Assembly (NCBI GenBank): GCA_964016885.1
Contig: OZ024740.1
Coordinates: forward strand, 168,268,001-168,332,000
DNA length: 64,000 nucleotides
Reading direction: 5' to 3'
Source of the DNA: Eledone cirrhosa
Taxonomy: Eukaryota
Notes under the pieces: model-generated
Seen by the model: the letters and a program-made list of their open reading frames with translations, nothing else
Database searches by the model: none
What the model was told of the DNA's origin: nothing
Program-made: the position numbers and the translations under genes
In this document: positions 40,080-54,474 of the stretch, one piece after another
Layout: the number at the start of each line of letters is the position of its first letter
Numbering within the stretch: the stretch's first letter is position 1

Positions 40080-40647
40080 TATATTTCAGCTTTGTTACGC
40101 AATTCGAGAAATATATTTTAACATTTCACTTAATCCAGTAACTGCATCGTTTTCATGATGTGAGGGTTTTCACTCTGGGCTCAGAATCAAGCGTTCTACG
40201 TTCAGGCTTCGGTGAAATTTAAAAGCTGTTTTATTCCCTTTTATCCTTAATATAAAAACTTCATATTCAATCTGATTTCCACCAGTTTTTTCTTTTGATT
40301 TTTTTATGATAGTGGCACTTATTTACATACTGAAGGCGGCGAATTGACAGAATGGTTAGAGGTCGGATTAAAAATACCTCGGTATTTGTCCCGACTCACT
40401 GTGTTCTGAGTTTAAATCCCACCGAGATCAACTGTGCCTTTCTTCCTTTCAATGTCGATTCAGTACTGGAAGAAATTGGCTGTGTTCCGTTCTAGAGAGA
40501 GAGACGGACTCCACCAGTTTTAAAATTCCCAAACATGCCATGAGTCAGAAGGGAGCGAATCAGGAGTTAAGGATACTTTACCCAATACATTTCTTCTATT
40601 CCTCTAAATATTGACCACTTCTAATGTTTAGCAACTAAACTGAATAT

Positions 40648-40690
40648 GCTTCACTGATGAGATCTATCAAGATCGAAACATGTCTGTACT
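40648..40690 (+). ncRNA. Minimal PLE-type hammerhead motif
   Basis: CTGATGA 40654-40660, stem II GATCT-atca-AGATC, GAA-ACATGT-C (palindromic stem III, GUC). Stem I is weak. Confidence 0.6.
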
Positions 40691-40919
40691 TCCTCCAGTT
40701 GGCTTTAAGGACTTCAACCACTCCCATCTGCATTATCTCTGTTTTCAAAAAATTCAGGTAGCGGTCATTGCTGTTAACTATCTTGTTTGTTGTTTTTATA
40801 TTTTAAATATGACCAAAGGGAGTTGTTGTTTTTTTCTACTAATTACTTGGACAATCCCAGTTAATCGAAGTTTTTCAATTCACTATATTACATGTGTAAA
40901 CACATTCCTCTCCCTCCTC

Positions 40920-41140
40920 CTCTTCTTCTTCTTCTTCTTCTTCTTCTTCTTCTTCTTCTTCTTCTTCTTCTTCTTCTTCTTCTTCTTCTTTTTCTTCTTC
41001 GCCCACTTATTTCTGAGAGGGCCATGGAGGCAGAATCTTCAAACACTCCTTCCAGCGAGTCCTGTCAGAAGCAACCGTCTCCAATTGATCCAGCTGGACA
41101 GCGAAGCGAGACCAGCTGAGCTCATGGATGTTATCCAAAC
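40920..41140 (-). mobile_element. RTE-type LINE 3' end with (GAA)n tail
   Basis: 41005-41140 is a reverse-complement homolog of 59055-59200. The (CTT)n tract forms the tail. Confidence 0.7.
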
Positions 41141-41188
41141 ATCATGCCTGAGAAGGTGATCTCCGATTTGCACTTGAAACCCTTCCAT

Positions 41189-41268
<80 letters not shown>

Positions 41269-41849
41269 GGGGGGGGGTAGAATAGGGAGAGAAGAGATAC
41301 AGAAAGAGAGTGGAGGGAAAAAAGAAACAGATGTGGTATAAGAGAAACTGACAGCATCACTCAATCGCAATACATGAGGGTGGCGATGCTGCTGTTTATA
41401 AAAGAGACATTCAGTCAGCCATAAGACTTGAATACCTATGCAGTCACTCCTCCTCCTCCAATCACATATTATTTCCAATCACTTCGGAGACCACAACCTG
41501 CCCATTTTATGCCACAAGGACGATGTCATCACCAATGTTGTTCATTCTGAGCCTCGTTTTGTTTCGTCTTATGTATTGTGAAATTGATCAATGAGCAAGT
41601 ATAGTTCGGCCTGTTATTTTTTTTTGTTTTTTTTTGTTTTGTTCTTTAGGCAAAATATGCCCTTGTAATTGTTATTGTTGTATTAATTGTTGTTGTTGTT
41701 GTTGTTGTTGTTATTGTTGCTGTTGTTGTTGTTGTTGTTGATGATGATGCTGCTGCTGTTGTTGTTATTAACAGTATTATTCAAATGATATAAATTGGCG
41801 TTTTTAACTTTTGAAATATAATTGTGTGTCTGGGTCTGTAATTATGTAC

Positions 41850-41944
<95 letters not shown>

Positions 41945-42490
41945 AGATCGGACCAAGAAAACAGTTAGCAGCGGTTCAATCTTTCTTGTTATATAGTTGC
42001 GAATAAGGAACATTCACAAAGAAACTTGAAAATCTTGACGTAATGCACTCCTGCCTTTTACGGATGCCTCTTAACATCCCTTGGAAGAGCCATACTGCCC
42101 ATATAGAACTTTATAGTGGTCTACTAAAATAACTCAGAAGATGGTTGAGTGGAGAATGGGATTGGCAGGTCAATGAACTTAAATTTAGTGGCATGGCAGT
42201 CAACACATGAGTTGTTAAAGACCTCCTTTTCTATGTTCATGTGCGTTTTGGGGTGGCTGTAATGAGTTTCGTTTGGAAAGAATAGAGAGAAGTTAAGATA
42301 TATATGTTTGTGTGTAAGTGTATATATGTATGTATATATATATATTTCTATATTATATATATAGAGAGAGAGAGATAGATAAAAATATAAATTCAGCGAG
42401 AATCGCATCGCATTTCGGCGGTTAGAAAAAGCGAAACGTAACACAAATTCCGAGTCATGCTGGCAAGATAGATAGATAGATACATCATAC

Positions 42491-42523
<33 letters not shown>

Positions 42524-42662
42524 GATTTAATACCTGTAAATACAGATATCTTTTATGTGGAAAACTAAAGATAAACTTTATCTAAAAATATTTGTATTTA
42601 CTTATATATATATATATGTTATAAGGATATATAAAAACATGTATGTATAAACACACATACAT

Positions 42663-43057
<395 letters not shown>

Positions 43058-43166
43058 GTATTTTCCGTTGTGTTGTAATATAAATATTACACACAGTAGA
43101 TTATCAGCTCACGTAGAGTTTGCTCGACGGTTCCAGTTGTAGTTCCAAAAGTAATCCGGAGAAAAA

Positions 43167-43440
43167 TAGAAAGATTTGAATGGATACAGTTTAGTTGAAA
43201 GGAATTTATTGACACGTGTTTCTATAACAGTTACATAACCTAAAACAGCTATCTACAAACTTTTAGTTATGCAGACATTCAATATTTCAATGTTATTATT
43301 TACTAGTAAATAATAACATTGAAATATTGAATGTCTGCATAACTAAAAGTTTGTAGATAGCTGTTTTAGGTTATGTAACTGTTATAGAAACACGTGTCAA
43401 TAAATTCCTTTCAACTAAACTGTATCCATTCAAATCTTTC

Positions 43441-43442
<2 letters not shown>
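43167..43442. repeat. 276-bp spacerless palindrome
   Basis: TAGAAAGATTTG... pairs with ...CAAATCTTTCTA, centre TACT|AGTA at 43304/43305. Confidence 0.9.
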
Positions 43443-43531
<89 letters not shown>

Positions 43532-43679
43532 TGTTATACTTTGGAAGGGTCATGTTGCCAATAAGAAACACACGCACCAGTTGCTTTCACTTCAATTTAT
43601 TATATATTCCAAAGTATAACAATATCGGTTTCAACACACGATTTCAGATAAAGAATCTTGCTAAACAAATTCAGAAACG

Positions 43680-43799
<120 letters not shown>

Positions 43800-43840
43800 A
43801 AGGTTTAGTAAATAATGAAAAAGTTTCAAAATAAATTTTA

Positions 43841-43917
<77 letters not shown>

Positions 43918-44050
43918 TATATATGCGCAAGCGTGTGTATTCTTCCGTACAAATTTATATTTAACATTATATAATTATTTACATAATTTCCGTGGAAGTA
44001 CATCTGTAAAAGGGTTCATGGAGAAAACATATAGCGAAGACAAAACAACT

Positions 44051-44295
<245 letters not shown>

Positions 44296-45116
44296 GGGAG
44301 AGAAGATGTTAAGATATGTATTTCATTTCTTTGTTTTTGTTGTTGTTTATCCATCGTGCCTCTTTCACTACACTTATAGACCTAAAATTGAGCAATTACT
44401 GATGGATATAAGGAAGAATGATGTTGGATAGGAAAGAATTATGAGAAAGTCTTTTGGTTTTGTTTTTCTTTTCCTTATATATTATTTAATCGTTTAATGT
44501 GAAAACCCGAGTCGACAGCTGTGGGGGCTTAAAATCTGTCGTCAGAGAATCGGACGCTTCAAAAAGGATATACACACACAGACACACATACATACGTATA
44601 TATATAATATATATATCTATATATATATATATATAATACATACATATATATACATACATAGTTAACTGTCAACATTCTGACTATCAGCAACTTTGTTATC
44701 GCCACCGCTTCCACCACCACCACCACCATCGTCCCTGGCACCGTTGCTACCAACACCAACACCAACATTACTATTACACAAGTACGACCGACACCAATAC
44801 TGCCGCCGCCAACATTATCACCACCACCACTATCATCACTATCATTACCGTTTACTCCCCACCCCACCACCACTAATATTGCTATAACTATCACACTACT
44901 TACATCATTTCCACTGCTACTAGCATCACACACTTCTACAACAGCATCCCTTCCACCGCCACCTTCATTGCTATTACAATTACTAACATCATTACTACCA
45001 CCACCACCAACACTACTACTATCCTCTTCACTGACAAGGCTCCACCCCCATAACCAACTCCAACACTAACACCACGATTGTCATATGCTTCTATTTATAT
45101 GAACACTGCCGTTGCC

Positions 45117-48100
45117 ATGATGACTTCAGCTAGCACCTCTGTTACCATTCCGGTTAGGTTGTTCGCTGTGATCACAGTTGTCGTGATACAGTTTCTCGCC
45201 ACAGCGAAGATAACATCGGCTCACGATTTAAATGAAGAAGTTATACAGCCGTCATTAACTGCAACAACACCTTTTCATTCAGTTAACAATGAGACAGAGG
45301 AGAAAGCATCGATCCAGTTGGCAGTATTGCCACAGCAAGAATTCTCCACACTGGGTGTTACCGACCCACCAGAAGACACACTGGTCACAATTTTGGATGG
45401 ATCCAGTCCAACGACACCGTTTCAAGAGATACATACTGTGTCTCCCAGGAATCAACATGCAGATATTAATGCTAACGGCAATGATGAGAAGAAAGACATT
45501 GATAAACAAGCCCAGGTTGGAGATATTACCCACAAAAGAACTGTCATTGACAAAAGTGACCACAAGATCGTTATACCAGCTGATCGAATAGATGACTTAA
45601 TACATGAAGATGCTGTAAGAAATGATGCTATTATTCGAGGATCTTTTGTTGGTGACGATTCTGAAGTTCGTGATAATGATGATGGTGACGGTCATCGTAT
45701 GAAAGGAAGGCCTTCGGGGAGTAGCGAGCAAAAAGAACAAGAACCGATAATTTTCAAAAGTGATTTGGATTTCTTACAACAGCAATTAAAATACCAAAAC
45801 CAAGAACTCGCCGATCTCCGAGTGCGTCTTTCAAAAAGTGACATCGCTTTGATTGATATAGAAACGAAATTTTACAAATATTTACAAACCGAAAGTTTGT
45901 TGTCAGATGGCACGGAACACAAACGCAATATATTATCACAACAATTTCCCGACCAAGATACTAAACTTAAACAAATACCAGGATTATTCAACTGTCGAAA
46001 TAGTTTTCCAAAGGAATCTGATTTTTTGAAACTGGAACAGGACTTTACTATTTTCCGAAATCAAGTGGAAGATAACTTGGGTTTAATATTAAAAGAACTG
46101 GATTACCTTCGATCTTGGCGTCAAGATTATTTGAAACAAACAACTGAAATCACTTCAACTGAAAATATTCAAGATACTTTCCATTTAGTCCCTATGTCTA
46201 GCAAACAAAGTGAATGGGATAAAACCAAATCAATTAAGGACAACAGTTCTATTGATGAGGTTCAACAATCTACAACCAAAGTTCTTGATGACGTAAATTT
46301 GGAAAATGATTCAGTAACGAAAGAAATACCTATGATACACCAAAAATATGGTTTCTCAAACACATCACAAACTGACAATATTCTCGAGCCTACGGACATC
46401 TCTAATATCACTGTAGGCAATAAAATTGAAGAACTAGAGTATTTCAAAACGTTATTGCAGGAAATACATCAAAAAGTAGAGGATGCACACACTCGTGTTG
46501 ATAATTTGGAAGGAAATGTGATGCTCTCTATGGAAAATGTTTCACAAATCCTTAGCTTATCACAAGAAATTCAAAATATTACATTCCTCCAATCCCAGAT
46601 TAACCAAATTATTACTCGACTTGATTCAAAACAAAATAAATCTGAAATTGATACTTACTATGGAGATTTTAAACCAAATCTGACTAGATTTATTAATGAT
46701 ACCTATCAGGAATTGAAGACATTAAGCACTGTCGATGGAAGTTACAATGATACAGCAGATAAATATAATGTTTTACCAATAGAAAACAGTTCCAAAATCA
46801 GTGAAAATATTAGGCGTTCCTTCAACTATTCAATTAACGAAAGCTGGAATTTGACCGACTTTTCTCAAACTGATAAAAAAGAAGCATATAGCGATTTTTC
46901 TTCTGAATTAATTACTGTTAAACAAAACTTTACTCAACTTTTTCATGTAGTTGAAAATATTGATTCGAACTATGCTGATCTTTCTCAACGTCTAGGTCTT
47001 TTTTCTCACCAGTTGTCTTCAATTATGACACGGTTAAATCAAGACACAGATCAGCAGAATGGATCAGGGAAAAGTAAAAGTGTTTCCAGTCATTTAGACG
47101 TTTTAAACGAAGATTATGTGAAGGATAAAGATAGCATGACTTCTAAGCCAAATATTGGGTTGAAATCGAATGAAAGCTTTTTCCAAAATACAAAACATTC
47201 AAAATCAATATTTGTTCCCACCATGTCTACAACTTCTCAAAATAAAACTGAAGAGAAACTCTCTGAATGGATATCAAAAACATTCTTTAAAAATTTAACA
47301 TCAGATGAATTTCTAATGCGCTCGGATATTTCGAGTGGAAGTATGACAAGGGAAAAGGTTTTATGTTATAATTTCTCCGGTGTAAATGAATCAAATTCTG
47401 AAGTATCAATATTGAAAAGCTTTTTGGAGCATTTAGGATCAATGTTGATGGAAGTTAAAAATCATTTAACTATGTGCTCTGAAATGAACCGAACTTCAAA
47501 TACGTCTGAGAATGAGACGATCACAAATTATTCCAGTTTTGAGAATGGATCATTATATGGTAATATTTCAGAGAATTTCTCTATGTCTGGAAATATTACT
47601 TTTCCGCGACAGTCTTTTGATACTTTTGAAAACACTACAGATTTAACGTCTATCGAAAGTACAACCACAGGAATAAAAAACAATATAAGTCATTCTCGTT
47701 CTCGCTTTGATGAAATAAAAAGAAAAGAAAACGAAACAATGCTCGAATTGGATCAAAATATATTTTCTTTCGGTGATATAGAAAACAATGAAACTTTAAC
47801 TGGATATAATATTTCTGGTTTACCTCAATCAAGGCACTTGGAACTTATCTACTTCAAAATTGAAACTCTTAGCTTAAGGATTGATGCTCTTGAAAATCAA
47901 ATTCTTACATCGAACAAAGATCCTTTCAAAGAACCGGATGTAAACGAAACCATTCCTTTTATTGAAAGTGATTACGGAGGTTCTGGGTCTTTGGATTCAG
48001 AGTCCGTTGAAAGCCATGATGTGTTACAAAATTTAGTTTCTAATCTAACTAAAATTCAGAAACGTTTCGAATGTTTAAACTCAGCTGTGCAAGACCAAGA

Positions 48101-48489
48101 AAGGCAAATGTCAAGTGTGAAACTACGAATTTATGAGTTAAACGAAAAGCTTGAGCATAAAACACGGGAGAACTCAAGACGGGTGACCGAAAATATCTTA
48201 CTGGATGTTGAAAGCACAAAAGACGACGTAAGTAAACTTATTAACGAAATGTTTGAAATCTCAAATCAGGTTTCGTCATTTTCGAAACTTAATTTGACTG
48301 ATACACTTAGAAAAGTGAAGTGCCATTTGGAAGAACACCAGAAAGATATCAGAAATCTAAAAGAAGTAATGGAATACCAACACGAAAATAGATCAACAGT
48401 TTATAGGAAACCGCGGCCTGTACAGGAAAAAATATTGTACGTTGACGTCATGGTGCATAAGCGGCAAAAGGATTTGAACAAAACTACTG
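45117..48489 (+). CDS. Very large first coding exon of a secreted or membrane-anchored, coiled-coil, heavily N-glycosylated protein; gene continues after a phase-1 intron
   Basis: 3.4-kb open frame in repeat-free sequence. ATGs at 45099 and 45117 (GCCATGA). Hydrophobic segment VRLFAVITVVVIQFLATA, heptad-like stretches (LQQQLKYQNQELADLRVRL, LSLRIDALENQI) and many N-x-S/T sequons. A consensus donor CTG|GTAAGT at 48489/48490 lies just before the ORF stop. Confidence 0.85.
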
Positions 48490-48886
48490 GTAAGTTCAGT
48501 TGATTTACTTCAGTTGGTTTACTCTAAAATATATTTATTAATTTATATATTTAGTGCCAGTAAAATATTGCGTTCGATTTAATCGACTTTCTCCTCCTCC
48601 AAATTGCTGGCCTTGTGACTAAACTAGAAATCATTAATTTATATATTCATATGTCTTTTTATCTCTATATTTATCAGACCTGTCAACTCTCCCGTTCGAC
48701 GGAGAGGTCTCCCACCCACTTTGGGGTGGGTGAGAGATGTCTTCTCTTGTGAAAATAGGTATAACTTTCATTATGTAAAATCTGTGTTTGCGTATGTGTG
48801 TGTCTGCGAAAGCAATGTTCTACATGTATATATGTGTGTGCGTGGCTGTATGTATGTATTTGTATTTATGTATGTATGTATGTATG

Positions 48887-50460
48887 TTCTTCTGGTTTTA
48901 TAATTTCACAAATTGTTACCAATAGAGAGAGTCGGTTTCTAACATAGTTACAAGTCTCTCTCATTGGAATTTACACAACATCAACTAGGTAGATATGTAT
49001 GCATGTCTGCATGCATGCGTGTGTAGGTATGGATGTTATTCTATGTGTGGAGGTGTATGTTTTGAGTTATATGTGAGCATGTGTATCTGTATATGTGTAT
49101 GCAGTTATTAGATGCAGAAGTTTTGGAATGTTTTACATATTTTTACTGTTCCATTAATGGATTGTACTTGTAATTTCCTAACTAGTTGTGTCCTTTCTGG
49201 TTCTGTTGAGTCCAGCTTCTCAATATTTGTATTGAGGCAGTTACTAACATACCCCAGTGCCCCAATAAACACAGGTATAAATCTCATGGTGGAGTAACTG
49301 TAGATTTCTCATTAGTTCTACACAGATATTCTCCTTTTCGCTAATCTTTAATATTATATTAGCATCTTCTAGGCAGCTAACCTCCACTACTGTGCATGCC
49401 TTCTTTTCCCTGTCCCATATCATTATATCTGGTCTGTTATGTCTGCATTTTATTGGGGGTTTTACTGGAACGTTCCACTAGTACTCTTTCATTTTATGTA
49501 TGTGTATGCCTTCCATATTGCTGTAGCTTTTAATGTGCTTATTGTCGGGGCTATCTTTTCTACGGATTACATTGTACAATGTTTTGGCTACTACATCATG
49601 CCTCATAGGTATATAGTACCGTGATGACATCTTTGGACAGCTGCTTATGACATGGGTGACATCGATGTTAATTCTGCAGAGTCTGCACTTGTTGTCACAT
49701 CTAGGTGTCTTGCCTGCATCCCTATCTCTTTTGTGAATCAGGTATTTTGTGATGATTCCCTGTTCTTGGATTGCAAAAGCATATCCGTCAAAGTGGGAGC
49801 CAATATAGCAGTTGTTCGTCCAAGATAGACTACTTTTCTTATCTATATTACTCTCACTCTGGAGCTTCCTGGCAACATATCCATGCATGATTTTTTTGCT
49901 GATAAGCATGCAGTTTTTCATCCATGGATTCGCTTGAGTATTGCTGGGCAATTTCCCTGGGTGTGAGATTTTGATTATCATGCAGGGAGTATCTTTCAAG
50001 GAGCTCCTTCCCAACTATCATGATCTTATCTGTCTCATGCAGACAGACTTGCTCAATTGCTGTGCTACTACGCTTGGAGGTTCGAAAATGTTGTCAGAGG
50101 GATATGATGCGATACTCAAATGCTGTCTGGACTGATGTTAGGCCTCTGCCTCCCTGCTTACGTTTCAAGTTGAGGCGGTCTATGTCACTGTTGATGTTGA
50201 AGTTTCCGGTGTTGTTTAGAATGTTTCGAGGTTTAACATCAATTGCTCGGATTTCGTCTATCGTCCAATTGAGTATTCCAAACGTTGGTGTTAGGACAGG
50301 CACAGCAAACACATTGTGAGCCACTGTTTTACTGTACGCAGAGAGTTCCGATGACCATATTTTTCTTAATCGGGTGTAATATTCCCTTGTTAGACGTTTC
50401 TTATTACAAATACCATTATAGGATATATTATCATCTATCCCCAGGTATCTGTAGCAGTCA
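48887..50460 (-). mobile_element. Degenerate 5'-truncated R4/Dong-like non-LTR retrotransposon (RT end, CCHC knuckle, RLE)
   Basis: YRYLGI..AHNVFAVPVLTPTFGILNW..RKQGGRGL; MHG..AIQEQ..T; CRLC..HVISSC..RHDVVAK; NRPDIMIWD..VEVSC. Ends in a (TACA)n tail. Confidence 0.88.
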
Positions 50461-51914
50461 TTGATTAGTTGAATTCTTCCTATAAAAAATTATCTGCTTT
50501 CTAACAAAGAAACAAAGACCAGTTTCTGAAAATATATTTAAGAATAATAGTGTGTTAAATTTTAAAAACATTCTAGTATATATTTATTGATCCGCTTGTA
50601 TTTGCGAAGTATGTGTTAGTTGGTCACTTTCTTTGTCTGAAAATACTAATTATTAATGTTTTTTATTGATTACTATTTAGACATTTACTAACATAGCCAA
50701 GTTAATCAATAATTATAAATATAAATAATTATTTATAATTTGGTCACAGAAGCTATAATTTTTTAATAAGTCGTCCGTATTTTATCTCTTCCTCACCAAT
50801 TTTGAAAGAAAAGTCTAAATCTGCTGAGCAGCTGGCCTCGATAACATTTGACGACAGTTTTGATGAGAATGTTTCAGCAATATGTAACTTATGTTAAAAC
50901 ATATTATTTTACTGGTTTCTGTTATTATACTACGGCCACGCTGGGGCACCGCCTTAAAGGCGTTTTGACTATCAGATCAACTCCTGTACATATTTGTTTT
51001 CAAGTCTGGTAGTTCTTTTAACGATAACTTTTGTCGAACCGCTAGGTTACGAACATAAACACACATATATATTTTTTCCATCTACCAAACTCCACCCACA
51101 AGGGATTGGTCAACTCGAAGCTATAGTATAAAATACTTGACCAAGGCATCACACAATGGGAGGGAACCCGAAATCAAGCAGATGTGAAGTGAAATCCTTA
51201 AACAGTCAGCCATGCCTGCGTCTGTATGTATTCAACAATAGAAATATTTGTGTATTATATACATACAACTAGTGTGGTGGATTGGCAGAAACGTTAGGGT
51301 ATCAGACAAAATACCTCCCGATATTAGTCCCGGCCCTTTACACCGAGGTTAGCTTCGTTTTTCAACCGTACAGGGTCGATAAAATAAAGTGCCAGAAATG
51401 CGTTGGGGTCATTTTAATCGACATTCCCCTTCCCTTAAAATTACTGGCCCTGTGTCAAAAGTACAAACAATTATATACACGCAACATATTCATGCATTTC
51501 CACTAAATTAGTTATACGCATTGATTTATTTATCATTCTATGTTCTGTTATTTCGATAATTTTTTGTAATCTTTCTTTATTTTCTTTTTTTTTATCTTTT
51601 GTTTTCATATTCTCTGATAAAAATAGAACTGATTTCAAAATGAACAGCACTGTTCCTTGGATTAAAATTTAGAGAGTAGTAAGGATGCCAATATATGTTC
51701 TAAACTTCAGCAAAATTGTGTTTATTTTACAATCCCGCTTACAATCCAATTTTGCAAATCCCATATTCACTTCTCTTTTTATATATGTATGCTAAATTAC
51801 CCCTTAAATATTTGGCAACATTAACTGTTTCATTCGAAGGAAATCATCGAGAAAGCCAGGATACACACATATATATATGTGTGTAAGTGTGTGTCTGCTC
51901 ATGTACGTGTTTGA

Positions 51915-52018
<104 letters not shown>

Positions 52019-53599
52019 AATGTATACATGTACGTGGTTTGAATATGTGTATGTTTGCAGTGTATAAGTGTATTCGTGGTGGTTGACGTTAGTTGACTTT
52101 AATCCTATAATCACTAGTGATCATTTATACATCTTTACTGACTGAACGATCTATGAATGCAGTATACGACTATACATTTTCTCTAGTCTAGTTAATATGT
52201 AATTTCTTCTATTTCTACTTGCAGCCTTCTAATATTGTCATATTTATCAGTCATTGGTCTTTCTAGTCATATAAGCCATTTCTGTGACCATTCTTTTGTT
52301 CAGGTAGATTATTTGTTTACGCTTTCTTAACTATTGTCGATGTTAGCGTTTTGTAGAAATTAGAACGGAATATGATGGGTCTGTCGATTTGGAGACCATC
52401 TGTCTTAGTGGTTTTGGGTAGGCGGATTGCTTTTCCTTGCGCCAGACATCTTGATATTTGAGATAGACACTTCATTATTTCCTTGAAGTATTTGGCTTAG
52501 TTTGGTGTAAAGCATGCAGGTGTTTTATCAAATAATTCGAATTTTGTCTACTCTAGGTAATTTGTAATTGTATTTTTCTATTGTCTTCCATTATATTTTC
52601 CACTGTGATATTTTCCCATTCTTGCGATGTCACATGATTTACGTTTTATTTTGTTGTACAGTGGTATTCTACATCTAGTTTCTTTGAAAATATGTCTACT
52701 TACATTTACTCAGTCGATTCTCAACTTTTTTTTTAATGATCTGCAAAAGCTTCGTTTATCTTCTCAAAGCATTTTATTTTGTTTGAATTGTTTGATTCGT
52801 TTTACAAATTTCCTTATTCCCTGGGCTGTAGCTTTCATTTGTTGAATTGACATTTCTTTTGTAGGTTTTAGGAAACTGTTTGTCTTGAATGATAAGCTTT
52901 CTAAGTAACTTTGTTTTTATTTTGTTTCTGCGGGGAAATGTATGTATCATTGTTTTAGATCTTATTTATTCTAGCTATAATGTTTTTCTTGCGATTTGTC
53001 TCTTGTTGAATCTTTTCTTTCCTAACAGAATCTGTTTTAGGTTTTCTAGTGTTCTCTCTTATTTCGATGCATGATTCTCCGATTACTACACACACTGTGG
53101 AATATATTATTGATATAGTGGTGGTGGAATGGCAGTATCGGTAGAGGGTCTGACGTCGTGTTTTTATTCTGTTTTGTTATATCTTGGATTATACTGTATT
53201 ACCTTGGTTTACAGCAAAGAGTTACGGCCCTTTATGGTCTGAGTTCAAATCCCACCGAGGTTAACTTTGCCTTCCTCCTTACAGGGTCGATAAAATAAAG
53301 TACCAGTAATACACTGGGATAATTGCTGACCTTGTGCCAAACGTAGAAAGAATTATTTTGTTAAAGAACATTTTATCAATTTCATACATTTCCTCTGAAC
53401 CTAATTCTCATGCACAATTAGTTAGTTTCATTGTGGATCTATTTTGTTATGCCATCCCTTATAGTTTTGATTGTAGTCCGTCTTCAAATCGTATAAGTTT
53501 TCTCTCTTCAAACTTCTCCTTCGTCTTTCGTCTACCAGTCACTGCATTCGTTAGTTTCTGTTAGCATTGGTGTTTCTTTCTTGTTATTATTACTTGACA

Positions 53600-54225
53600 G
53601 TGTATGATAGGTGGATTGCTATAATCGTTAGTGTGCCTGACAAAATGCTGTGTGGTGTTTCTTTTGGTTCTTTACGTCTTGACTTCCCCGAGGTCAACTT
53701 TACCTTTCATTCTTCCGAGGTCAATAAAATAAAGTACCAGTCAAGTACTGGAGTCGAATTAATCGACTTTCTCTTCATCAAAAAATTGCTGGACTTGTGG
53801 CTAAATCAGAAACCATTATTACTTGGCAGTATCGGTAGAGCATCAAAGACCATACTTTGCAGCATAACGTTATGGCCCTTTACGTTCTGAGTTCAAATCC
53901 CGCCGAGGTTAGCTTTGCCTTCCATCCTTACGGGCCGATAAAATAAAGCACCAGTAACGTACTGGTATAGATTTAATCGACTTTCTCCTCCCCCAAATTG
54001 CTGGCCTTGTGCCTATTTTAGAAATCATTATTACTTGGCACTGGATTGGCAGTATCGAAAGAGGGTCGGACGCCATGCTTTGCAGCATAGAGATACGGCC
54101 CTTTATGATCTGAGTTCAAATCCCGCCGAGGTTAACTTTGCTTTCATCCTTACGGGGTCGATAAAATAAAGTACCAGTAATATACTGGTTTTTGGCTGGC
54201 CTTGTGCCAAAAGTAGAAACAAATA
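53600..54225 (+). mobile_element. Three head-to-tail tRNA-derived SINE copies
   Basis: SINE core and tail recur at about 53690-53815, 53820-54030 and 54040-54225, each followed by ATTACTTGGCA. Confidence 0.85.
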
Positions 54226-54280
54226 TTACTTGGCAGTGTAAGGTTTGGAATTGTTTGTTCCTTGTTTACTGTTATTTTAT

Positions 54281-54474
54281 CAGACCTGCAAACCTCTAAA
54301 AACCCAAACGGGGAGTACTATGAAAAGAAGTGTCCCAAAACGGGGAGAAATGAGGCAAAATGTGGAGATTTTACATAATGAAAGCTATACTCATTTGCAA
54401 AAAGGAAGATATCTATCACCCACCCCAAAGTGGGTGGGAGATCTCCCCGTCCGACGGGGAGAGTTAACAGATCT
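54281..54474. mobile_element. Short DNA-transposon-like (MITE) element; related end at 48675-48745
   Basis: Termini are CAGACCTGCAAAC and GTTAACAGATCT. TCTCCCACCCACTTTGGGGTGGGTGA is shared in opposite orientation with about 48708-48733. Confidence 0.55.

Noticed and set aside
41395-41430. TATAAAA plus TCAGT as promoter of the downstream gene
   Set aside because: The spacing is too short for a TATA-Inr pair and such motifs are common in AT-rich DNA.
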